IMG/VR virus record: IMGVR_UViG_3300031879_000014
Span: 1 to 29,327 of that record
DNA length: 29,327 nt
Origin: a virus
Lineage: Duplodnaviria; Caudoviricetes
Strand: one strand, 5' to 3'
Made by a program: the position numbers and the translations under genes. The notes beneath the pieces are model-generated. The model did no database searches and was not told the DNA's origin. It saw only the letters and a program-made list of their open reading frames with translations. Of the stretch, positions 17,856-25,647 are shown piece after piece (position 1 is the stretch's first letter; every line of letters starts with the position of its first letter).

Positions 17856-18614
17856 TTACGAGGTTCTGCCATGTGCGATCACCGGGAATTTCTTCATCAG
17901 ATCGGCCCGCTTGGACTGTTTCTGCTCGTTGCCGGTGGGAGGCGCGGGGGGCTTGCCCGATCCCCGCTGTGGCTGCTGGGTCCGAGTGTCTTTAGCCCCA
18001 CCTGACTTGAGAAGCCAGGGACTCGACGCCGCGATTCTCTTGACCGCCCCCTCCATGCCGGTCACCGTCGCCTCACCACCGTCAAGGTTCACATCGATTT
18101 CAATTTCGTCTTCGTTCAACTCCGACAAGGCTTGCCGAATCGAATTCCACTGGAAATCGGATTGTGAAAGAAAAGCGTTGATCAGAGCCGTGTTGCGAAT
18201 GACTCGATCCATCTTCTGAATGGTTTGGTTCGCCGTGTCCAGATCGGTTTGCAGTTGCTCTTCTCTGGTCTGGGTCTTTCGGGCGTCTTCCTGTTGCTTC
18301 TGGACATAGCCGTCGCGCTCGGTCGTGACTTTGCTGAGATCGCCTTGGAGCTTCTCAACCTGCTTGAGAAGTTGGCTCAAAGCGTTTGGGTCAGCTTGCA
18401 ATTGGGCTACAGGATCAGGTTTCTGCTCTTCCTGCGGAGTTTGCTGCTGATCGACGCTCTGTTGAAGCGACTGTTGCGCAGCCTGACCTTCGGCGGTTAC
18501 CGGAGGCGTTATGTCGGTCGTGGTGGTACCACCGAAGATCGGCCACGCCTTGAGGGCCTGATTGTAAAGCGATCCCAGGGAATTATGGGAATTGTTGGTA
18601 TTCAACGTCGGCAT
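17856..18614 (-). CDS. Capsid scaffolding protein
   Basis: Gln/Glu-rich coiled coil, PWLLK motif then Gly/Pro tail and terminal helix. ATG 18614 (GAGG upstream) preferred over 18680, which overlaps the MuF-like gene. Confidence 0.8.
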   Translation of the reverse strand: MPTLNTNNSHNSLGSLYNQALKAWPIFGGTTTTDITPPVTAEGQAAQQSLQQSVDQQQTPQEEQKPDPVAQLQADPNALSQLLKQVEKLQGDLSKVTTERDGYVQKQQEDARKTQTREEQLQTDLDTANQTIQKMDRVIRNTALINAFLSQSDFQWNSIRQALSELNEDEIEIDVNLDGGEATVTGMEGAVKRIAASSPWLLKSGGAKDTRTQQPQRGSGKPPAPPTGNEQKQSKRADLMKKFPVIAHGRTS

Positions 18615-18660
18615 GATCTTCTTGACCTCTTCCATTGTCCGGTTCTTGATTGTTTCAAAA

Positions 18661-19581
18661 TCAGGCGGCTTTGCTTGCATTTTGATCTATCCAATCCCTA
18701 TACTGTCCTGCTGTCAAGTGCGCCAGGAACACGTCTGGACTTTCGATGTGGGGCGCGACGAAGCAACGGCACTGCGGATGAGGCTTCGGTGGAACGTTAT
18801 CCACATCAAAAATCTGTCCATTTAATTGTGTGCAGACTTCTTTCGGATCGTTGACATGAACCGCTGAAGTGTACCAACGCATCCCTGTAACCCACGGGCG
18901 ATCTTGTGCCATCGTGATGGCCGTGGCGTGGAAAGCATTATTGAGTTCCGTTCGTCCCAAACGAAGCGCGGCGTAACTTGCACCACCCGATACGTTGGGG
19001 TTGATTGATGATTTAACTTGTTTCGCGATATCTTGAGCACTGTCGCCTCGCAAAATAGAACTGTTAATGACCTGATTTACCCATCCACTAGCTAATGCTT
19101 GAGAACGGTAAACTCGTGCCGATAACGGTTGCTGGGATTGCGTAACGCGAGAGATTGCGTGCGCGACCCCTAAAGCCGCACTTTGTCTTTGACTCGTGAT
19201 GAAAGAATTCAAATCAACTGTGGTTAAAGCTTCTGTCAGATATTTCATATCAGTTGCGTTCAAAGCGTCAACGGCTGCGATTGCCTCTTCCCGCTGACCA
19301 CTCCCGATAATCGGGATCAATCTTCGAAATGTAGTTCGCAGAATCGACTTGGCTTCGTTTTGAGCTAATCTGATTTGAGCGGTTCGAACGCCAGAAGACC
19401 ACGTTGTCTTATGACTTAAATCGGTAATGGCTTGTTCGGCATCGTTTGACGCCGCGGTTAAAACGTCTCTGATCAACGCTTCGTTTTTGACTTGCTTCGC
19501 AAGAAATGCTCCCAGCCAACGCCGGTACAACGTTGACGGCGGCTCAATCGCAGCGGCTTGGGCGGGAGTGGGGGCGGTCAT
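18661..19581 (-). CDS. MuF/SPP1 gp7-like minor head protein
   Basis: LRLGRTELNNA...W...CTQLNG...PHPQCRC signature. Start ATG 19581 gives an ATGA overlap with the JAB gene (ORF track start 19680 is probably too long). Confidence 0.85.
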   Translation of the reverse strand: MTAPTPAQAAAIEPPSTLYRRWLGAFLAKQVKNEALIRDVLTAASNDAEQAITDLSHKTTWSSGVRTAQIRLAQNEAKSILRTTFRRLIPIIGSGQREEAIAAVDALNATDMKYLTEALTTVDLNSFITSQRQSAALGVAHAISRVTQSQQPLSARVYRSQALASGWVNQVINSSILRGDSAQDIAKQVKSSINPNVSGGASYAALRLGRTELNNAFHATAITMAQDRPWVTGMRWYTSAVHVNDPKEVCTQLNGQIFDVDNVPPKPHPQCRCFVAPHIESPDVFLAHLTAGQYRDWIDQNASKAA

Positions 19582-20030
19582 ATTAGCGACCACTCTATCA
19601 CTTCGTGCCTGGTGGCGATCCAATAGCGCCATCTCAGAGCAGGATTCGGCCACCCCGCCAGATCGCGAGGGGTCGGCCACGGCACGTTGTTGGGATGCGT
19701 GTGGAAGATTCCGAGAACCTTGTCTTCTCGTTCCTTATAGATAGCACGAAGAGCAGAGTCAAAATCCTCTTGCGACATCAAAAAATTATGTGTCGGTTCA
19801 TGGTGGATATTTTCAACATAGATAACTTCTTGCTCTTCAATGGTGATTAATCCACATCTTTCATTTCGATTCGCCAAACACTGTGAAATCAATTCGTGTT
19901 GTACGCTCTCAAAGAGAAGTATGTCGGGATGCCAAATTCTTTCCGCTTCCCGATCCGTTTTAATCAACTGATTGCAGTTGGAAGGATGGGCAGGATTGTT
20001 AAAATCGGTGTCTTGGAATGGATAAGGCAT
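19578..20030 (-). CDS. JAB/MPN+ (JAMM) Zn-metalloprotease, 150 aa
   Basis: N-terminal catalytic Glu (NERCGLI) plus HTHPNNVPWPTPRD = H-x-H-x7-(S/T)-x2-D JAMM motif. Confidence 0.9.
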   Translation of the reverse strand: MPYPFQDTDFNNPAHPSNCNQLIKTDREAERIWHPDILLFESVQHELISQCLANRNERCGLITIEEQEVIYVENIHHEPTHNFLMSQEDFDSALRAIYKEREDKVLGIFHTHPNNVPWPTPRDLAGWPNPALRWRYWIATRHEVIEWSLI

Positions 20031-20036
20031 CAGATA

Positions 20037-20654
20037 TTATTTCCTAGATGCTCTGCGCCTCTGTCTTCGTGGTTTTGATTGAGCCGTTTTTTGTCCTGCG
20101 ATAGCAGACATTCGTCTATCATATTTTTTGATACCGACCACACTTTTTTGAACAGGAACCTTGTGCTTTCCTCTGCGAACGATAACAGTAGGCCCAACAC
20201 CGCGCGATGTCCCAAGACGGAATTGCGCTCCCTTATAGGGAACTCTTGTTTTGGCGACAGTGCTAACTTCGACATGAGATCGGAAAGCAGAAAGAGCCTT
20301 GCCGCGTCGGGTGCCTTTGGGGAAGACATGTCCGACTGTTTTGTCAACAACTCTATCGAGTTTTGTTTTCTTACTGATGGATTCGATTCGCACATATTGA
20401 CCTGTCACCACCCTTTTACTGCTGCCAGGAATCCTTGTTCCGGCGTTATATCCCACCGTCGCGCTCCGCTTGTTGATCCGCGCATACGGGATAAAATTCG
20501 CTCTAAGTCCTCCAAGCCCTTCTGGACGTGGGGCTTGCGGAACGCGAGCCGAAACCTTGGCAATGCGCCGACCGCGACGAGCCACAGCAGAAGCCAACTG
20601 CGCCTTGCGGAGCGCGGCGACTCTTGCCGGTGTCATCACATGTTGGCGCGTCAC
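20037..20654 (-). CDS. Highly basic protein, leader-family member (MTPARVAALRKAQLASAVARR), 205 aa
   Basis: GTGA overlap with the upstream gene; shared N-terminal motif; Arg/Lys-rich. Confidence 0.85.
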   Translation of the reverse strand: MTRQHVMTPARVAALRKAQLASAVARRGRRIAKVSARVPQAPRPEGLGGLRANFIPYARINKRSATVGYNAGTRIPGSSKRVVTGQYVRIESISKKTKLDRVVDKTVGHVFPKGTRRGKALSAFRSHVEVSTVAKTRVPYKGAQFRLGTSRGVGPTVIVRRGKHKVPVQKSVVGIKKYDRRMSAIAGQKTAQSKPRRQRRRASRK

Positions 20655-21670
20655 TTCAACGTCGTCCCATGCATACGCAAACCTTTACGAATCCGGCGTT
20701 CTTTACGGAATTCCCTGCGCGCCCTCTTGTTCAAATTCAGCTTCGGTTTGACAGTTCCACCCGTGTATTGCGGGCGACCTCGGAAATAACCGAGTGCGGC
20801 TTGACGATGACCGTAAGAAACCTTCTTGCCTTTGGATTCAACTGATTTCGTATAGGCTGCGGTTCGCCGCAATGCTTCAGCTTCGGAAATCGACTTGTTG
20901 TATCCTTTGAGATTTTGGCCTTTAACCTTCCCGCCACCGAAGTGTTTGGGCATAAGACTTCTCGATGGAACAGTTCGCTTCGTTTTTCCTGGCTTACCGA
21001 ACGGACCTGTGTGCAATCGGCCTGGCGTTGGATGCCCGATTGAGGCGTGATACATTCCGGTGTCGCGTGCCGGTAACAGAATCTTCCGCTTGCCTTTCAT
21101 TCTCAACGCAGCGCCGGTATAGGCTTCCGGCGTCTTCGGATAATTGAACCGCGCCATCGTTTTCATTTCGCCTTGAGATGGCTTGTACGGTTTCAATCCG
21201 GCTTGCGGAGTGGTTTTACGGCCCAGAATATGAGACGGCTTGAGCGGCTTGTGAACATACGTGATCGTTGAATGCGAACCGAGCGGACCCTGTTTCTTTC
21301 CCGAATACTGAACCTGATATCCACCACTAGTTCGTCCGAGAACCTTTCCTTTCGGGGTCACATTCATGTGAGTAATACGGCCATGTGTCAACGAACGTGG
21401 ACGGGAGCCGGTGAGATTTCCCGTCAACGGTCCCACAGGGCCGTGCCTGGTTCTGGTCAATGTCGAACCGGAAAGTTTGTGCCGCTGATATCCGGCAGCA
21501 CCGACAAAACCTACCGCCCCAACAACCCCCGCCCCAATCGCAGCACGTTTGATTCGTCTTTTGGTAGTCGGAGTGGGATGAAATTTGCGACGTTTGGCCG
21601 CTGAAATAAGGGAAGCTTTGTGAAGTGCTGCCCTGCGACTTGCTGTGAAAACTCCATATCGCCTCGCCAC
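20651..21670 (-). CDS. Highly basic protein, leader-family member (FTASRRAALHKASLISAAKRR) with Gly/Ala hydrophobic segment, 339 aa
   Basis: GTG start overlapping the upstream TAG; about 8 acidic residues in 339 by my count. Confidence 0.85.
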   Translation of the reverse strand: MARRYGVFTASRRAALHKASLISAAKRRKFHPTPTTKRRIKRAAIGAGVVGAVGFVGAAGYQRHKLSGSTLTRTRHGPVGPLTGNLTGSRPRSLTHGRITHMNVTPKGKVLGRTSGGYQVQYSGKKQGPLGSHSTITYVHKPLKPSHILGRKTTPQAGLKPYKPSQGEMKTMARFNYPKTPEAYTGAALRMKGKRKILLPARDTGMYHASIGHPTPGRLHTGPFGKPGKTKRTVPSRSLMPKHFGGGKVKGQNLKGYNKSISEAEALRRTAAYTKSVESKGKKVSYGHRQAALGYFRGRPQYTGGTVKPKLNLNKRARREFRKERRIRKGLRMHGTTLK

Positions 21671-22146
21671 TATTTCACTCGCCTTATATAATTACGGGAA
21701 TTTGGCCGTTTCCCTTTTAAATTCGGATTTGGATTCTTGATAAGAGTCAAACGATCTTTACGTTGTGTATAGGCAGTGTGATAGAACTTATCTGCGTCGG
21801 AATGAACTTTAATTCCGCTCAACCCTCGTGCGCCGGAATGTGCCGAAGGATGCATAGACATCGATGTCTGTCTGACATGAGCTTGTTTTATTTTGTAAGG
21901 TACATACGTCCGTTGCCCGACAGCGTTAACCGTTGCCCCCAAAACCACTGATCCGACCAGAGCGCCACCGGCAATTCCCAAAGCCCTTCGTCTCATTTGT
22001 CTTTGAGTGGTTGCGTTTTGAACATAACGAGTCGCAGGATTTCTGCTGCGTCTACGTCCACGGCGTTTTGCAGCAGAAGCTAACTGCGCTCTACGTAACG
22101 CTGCACGTCTGGCGGGAGTAAAAGAACCGTAACGTCGGGCCATCAT
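21670..22146 (-). CDS. Highly basic protein, leader-family member with hydrophobic segment, 158 aa
   Basis: MARRYGSFTPARRAALRRAQLASAAKRRGRRR; ATGA overlap; 3 Asp, no Glu. Confidence 0.85.
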   Translation of the reverse strand: MMARRYGSFTPARRAALRRAQLASAAKRRGRRRSRNPATRYVQNATTQRQMRRRALGIAGGALVGSVVLGATVNAVGQRTYVPYKIKQAHVRQTSMSMHPSAHSGARGLSGIKVHSDADKFYHTAYTQRKDRLTLIKNPNPNLKGKRPNSRNYIRRVK

Positions 22147-22769
22147 AGACCCCGTATAGTCTTGCGAACCGATCTTTTCAAACCGCGAGTCTGAATTCTA
22201 GCCGCCCGATCTGTTTTCCATTTTCGTGTCTTATATTTCCTGTAAGATTGTCTTGGTGTTACTTCATCCATCTTCTTAGCCAAGCTGCGTGTCTTTACAC
22301 CAGATATGACACTCGAATGATGATAACCAGCTTTATAAATTCTTCTCTTGGTTCTAGCTTCTACTCCAAATAAAGTCGGGCCACCTTTATCCCATACTTC
22401 ATCTGGTAGTGGTCTACTGATATGACCGCGAACAGTGACTCTCTTTGAAAAATGCCCAGGATCAACGTATAGTTTGCCTCTTCTACCGGCTTGATTAGCT
22501 CTTGCATTAACTTTTCTGGCAGACTTCATCATACGATTCAGTTCGCTGCCAGTTGAATGCGTCTGAGCCGAGAAATACGATCCCGAAGCATAATGCCGTG
22601 CCGCTAAAACGCCGACCGCTGCACCAGTTCCCACCGCGCCATACTTAACGATTTTCCTTTGACGCGGAGTTAATCGTCTACGCCCACGTCTCTTCGCCGC
22701 AGAGGCTAATTGCGCCCTACGTAAAGCCGCTCGCCTCGCGGGAGTGAAACTCCCATAGCGTCGGGCCAT
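22143..22769 (-). CDS. Highly basic protein, leader-family member with hydrophobic segment, 208 aa
   Basis: First 32 aa identical to the neighbouring gene. Confidence 0.85.
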   Translation of the reverse strand: MARRYGSFTPARRAALRRAQLASAAKRRGRRRLTPRQRKIVKYGAVGTGAAVGVLAARHYASGSYFSAQTHSTGSELNRMMKSARKVNARANQAGRRGKLYVDPGHFSKRVTVRGHISRPLPDEVWDKGGPTLFGVEARTKRRIYKAGYHHSSVISGVKTRSLAKKMDEVTPRQSYRKYKTRKWKTDRAARIQTRGLKRSVRKTIRGL

Positions 22770-22775
22770 TTCAAT

Positions 22776-23003
22776 TTAATAGCCAGGCTTCCCTTTGACT
22801 TTCATCGCCGGGGGAGCGCCACCGGGAATCGGACGAGGATTTGTCCAGTTACGTGGATTCTGCGCTTTGATCTCATTCGGAATCGGCTGACCGGGAAGCA
22901 CGGCTTTGCCGCTCTTCACGATAGCGTTTTTCGGCAACCCCGCCACGCGAGCCGAAGCGTGACCCTGAATCATCTTCGGTTTGCCGGAAGTTCCTCTAGC
23001 CAT
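22776..23003 (-). CDS. Small basic Pro/Lys-rich protein, 75 aa
   Basis: Strong SD AGGAG 7 nt upstream; one acidic residue. Confidence 0.8.
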   Translation of the reverse strand: MARGTSGKPKMIQGHASARVAGLPKNAIVKSGKAVLPGQPIPNEIKAQNPRNWTNPRPIPGGAPPAMKVKGKPGY

Positions 23004-23019
23004 TTCAATCTCCTAACTA

Positions 23020-23439
23020 TTAGAGCTTATGCCTTTTCTGAATTCTCATAGCCTGATTTTGATGCATCATCGCTGACTTGGCTAAACGTCTGGAAACCGG
23101 ATGAGTGCTGGGAAGGAATCTAGACGCTTTCCTAGCCGTCTTGGCTTGTTGGTTGTGCTTATACATTCGGTCATAAGCGGTAGCATGAGAGTAAGCGCCG
23201 ACTGCCGCTGCTGCGCCCAAACCTACCGCAGCGTATTTCAAACCCTTTTTTACTTTGCTTCCTTTTTGGAAATCACGAGATTTGACTTGAAAACTGGCTT
23301 TGGCATAGCCTGTCCGTTGACCAATAGAACGTCTCAACGTTTGTGGAACTGTGCCATGCCGTCTGCGTTTCGCAGCGGAAGCCAGTTGCGCTTTCCGTAA
23401 CGCGGCGCGTCTCGCGGGAGTCAAAGTATAAGTAGCCAT
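23020..23439 (-). CDS. Highly basic protein, leader-family member (LTPARRAALRKAQLASAAKRR) with hydrophobic segment, 139 aa
   Basis: TAATG overlap with the upstream gene; shared motif; 2 acidic residues. Confidence 0.85.
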   Translation of the reverse strand: MATYTLTPARRAALRKAQLASAAKRRRHGTVPQTLRRSIGQRTGYAKASFQVKSRDFQKGSKVKKGLKYAAVGLGAAAAVGAYSHATAYDRMYKHNQQAKTARKASRFLPSTHPVSRRLAKSAMMHQNQAMRIQKRHKL

Positions 23440-23690
23440 TATGAGAATCTCTTTCTGGTTCCTTTAGCGGTCGGCCCGTGTTTGTAAATCGGCAGCCGTT
23501 GATACGCTGGCGAATGCCCAAGCGTTTTCGTAATCGCTGAATGCATTCCAGCCCTATGTGCCATCGTATGTGCCCACTTGGCTTTCAGTTTGGGATTCGC
23601 AAAGAAATAACGCATCTGCTTCTTGGACACGAAGCCAAGCGGCATCTTCAAACCGCCCTTGCGTTTCTTGCCTCTGCCACGCTTTCCCAT
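23439..23690 (-). CDS. Small basic protein, 83 aa
   Basis: No Asp/Glu; FVSKKQMRYFFANP..W motif; starts 3 nt after the upstream stop. Confidence 0.8.
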   Translation of the reverse strand: MGKRGRGKKRKGGLKMPLGFVSKKQMRYFFANPKLKAKWAHTMAHRAGMHSAITKTLGHSPAYQRLPIYKHGPTAKGTRKRFS

Positions 23691-23693
23691 GAG

Positions 23694-23813
23694 CTACTTT
23701 TTCCTGGCGACCTTTTTCATCGTTCCTTTGGCGGTCTTAGTCGAAGATTTCTTGCGTCCACCACCTTTCGCAAACGGAGCGGCACGCTTGCCTTTGAAAT
23801 TCTTGAGCGCCAC
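23694..23813 (-). CDS. Small Lys-rich protein, 39 aa (MALKNFKGKRAAPFAKGGGRKKSSTKTAKGTMKKVARKK); below the ORF-track cutoff
   Basis: GTG preceded by AAGGAGA; alternative in-frame ATG at 23840 overlaps the previous stop; no acidic residues. Confidence 0.75.
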   Translation of the reverse strand: MALKNFKGKRAAPFAKGGGRKKSSTKTAKGTMKKVARKK

Positions 23814-23836
23814 AACAATATCTCCTTGCGAATTGA

Positions 23837-23950
23837 TCATCTGATTTTTAGACCTGGCGTGATGCGCTTGATTTTGAATCCACCTTTGGTGGGAATGATT
23901 CGTGTTGACGCGACGATCTTGTTGAATGACCTCGTGCTGAACTTAGCCAT
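23837..23950 (-). CDS. Small basic protein, 37 aa (MAKFSTRSFNKIVASTRIIPTKGGFKIKRITPGLKIR); below the ORF-track cutoff
   Basis: Fills the gap after the portal; same composition as its neighbours; weak SD. Confidence 0.6.
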   Translation of the reverse strand: MAKFSTRSFNKIVASTRIIPTKGGFKIKRITPGLKIR

Positions 23951-23970
23951 GCGAGTAGTCTAACTCAGGC

Positions 23971-25632
23971 TCAGCCCAAAGGAACCGTCTGTTTGCCGAA
24001 TCCGCCTGGCGTGTTGCCGTTTGCTCCCGGCGCGGGAACGTTGCCCTGCGGCGGGGCGACACCGGCAGCCTGGTCGAACGCAGACAGGTTCGATCCGCCC
24101 GCAGCACCAGCGGCGAACGGGTCCATCGCCGTCGCGGCAGAGGACGCCTGATCGGTCAGCAGGGCCACGATGTCATCGTCGGTCAGTGCGTTGCCCTGAT
24201 CGTCAGTCGTCGGATACTTCCAGCCCAGTTCCCTCAACTTCGCAATCGCCATCTTCGTCAGAATCAGATTAGACGTTTGCAACAAAAGCGTTTCTTGAAT
24301 CTCAGCGTTTCTGTCCACCGGCATCGGATCATCGAAAACACAGACAACCGACATCTGACTCATGGTTTCGATACTGCCGAAAGTTTCGCTTTCGTAAGCC
24401 GGAAGCCACATCGTCGTGATATCGTGGAACATCTGATCCAGAATCGTAACGTATTCCAATTCCTTCTCAGCGTTCGCTGCGATCAACGGCATCAGTTCCA
24501 TTTTCATTGCGATACCGGATTGAACTGCCGTCACATCGACGCGACCGATAGCAAGCGCGGGCACTCCTGCCGCTTCAGACAATCCCTTATCGCTGATATA
24601 ATCCATGTGATTCTGATATGGACTCATATCAGTCACACCGCTTACACGTTGAAAAGTTTGATCCTGCCCAACTTCAATGATTTGCATTGGGCCGATATTC
24701 CAATCAGTGACTTGCCCGGTATTCGGATCAACTGGTGGCGCAGCCGTTGTCATATACATGCCCAAGCCCTGAAAGACAATCGTTGCGTCTTCATCTGTCA
24801 GGGATTGGTTGATGCCGTACATCAACGTTTCAAGACCGGCCAACTGACTGATGCCCCACGATGAATTCTGCGGCGGCATGTTGCGCCACTTGTATATCGG
24901 CAACTGAGTGATCGACGGCGGAAGCGGGGTTTCCGGTTCGACCGGCCCACCGGAAACCGATTCCATTTCGGATGAATCTAAAACGCGATCATCCCATTTA
25001 CCGATTTCCCAAAACGTCACTTCCTGCGTGATCGTTCCTGTCGGCTGCCCAGTGTCATCTAATTCCTTACGGAAAGTAGTTCGTTTGCAAACCTGCTTGT
25101 TTGGGTCACGCCAATCTTTGACTCGCTCAGCAACGTGATAGCCGATTGTATTCTGCTCTTCGTCCTCAATCGTAAAAACTTGGCGTGGATCGACTTCAGC
25201 AATGCATACGCGATTACCGGCTTCTTTATTAGGGTTAGCGTACAACATAAACGCGGAATCACCGCGAACCAATCCCCAACGCTTATTCGATTCGAATAGA
25301 GTCTTGAACGCTTCACGCTTAAAGAAAGCTTTCCACCAGTCGTCTAAAGCTTGCTGAGTCCCGGCGTCACCTTCGCCCTCAACCAAGTAATCAACATTGA
25401 TGCCAAGAAATCGATTCGTCGCTTCGATCAATTTACGACCTGACGGCATCAGCAACGGATGCGACTCATCGCCCCTGATGGTGATCTTCAGTTGCCACGT
25501 TGAGTTGATATACAGATTCTCGTACAAGTCATAACACTGGACGCGCAACTTATCGTGCAATTCAACAACGTTATCATCGCCGGTCTGAATAAAATCCCTG
25601 GCGGCGTCATATTGCTTCGGGTTGTAGACCAT
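23971..25632 (-). CDS. Portal protein, 553 aa
   Basis: Directly after terminase; WGLVRGD, WGISQL, AQSG-like (VQSGIAM) and VVCVFDDPMPVD motifs of SPP1 gp6-like portals; SD GAGG. Confidence 0.9.
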   Translation of the reverse strand: MVYNPKQYDAARDFIQTGDDNVVELHDKLRVQCYDLYENLYINSTWQLKITIRGDESHPLLMPSGRKLIEATNRFLGINVDYLVEGEGDAGTQQALDDWWKAFFKREAFKTLFESNKRWGLVRGDSAFMLYANPNKEAGNRVCIAEVDPRQVFTIEDEEQNTIGYHVAERVKDWRDPNKQVCKRTTFRKELDDTGQPTGTITQEVTFWEIGKWDDRVLDSSEMESVSGGPVEPETPLPPSITQLPIYKWRNMPPQNSSWGISQLAGLETLMYGINQSLTDEDATIVFQGLGMYMTTAAPPVDPNTGQVTDWNIGPMQIIEVGQDQTFQRVSGVTDMSPYQNHMDYISDKGLSEAAGVPALAIGRVDVTAVQSGIAMKMELMPLIAANAEKELEYVTILDQMFHDITTMWLPAYESETFGSIETMSQMSVVCVFDDPMPVDRNAEIQETLLLQTSNLILTKMAIAKLRELGWKYPTTDDQGNALTDDDIVALLTDQASSAATAMDPFAAGAAGGSNLSAFDQAAGVAPPQGNVPAPGANGNTPGGFGKQTVPLG

Positions 25633-25647
25633 GCAGTGATCCTACCT

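Noticed and set aside
19582-19680. N-terminal extension of the MuF-like protein in the ORF track
   Set aside because: It overlaps the JAB catalytic region; the ATGA-coupled start at 19581 is more plausible.
19578-20030. JAB gene as part of a CBASS or ubiquitin-like conjugation operon
   Set aside because: No E1, E2, ubiquitin-like or cyclase gene is recognisable in the window; the gene is coupled to head genes.
20030-20845. Long alternative ORFs over the basic genes (+236 aa at 20079-20789; -121 aa at 20030-20395)
   Set aside because: They overlap better-supported leader-family genes and have no SD or recognisable motifs.
20037-23439. ARRAAL as a twin-arginine (Tat) export signal
   Set aside because: The RR is followed by a charged helix rather than an h-region, and one paralogue has RV. 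Only the internal MRRRALG segment of the 158-aa protein looks Tat-like.
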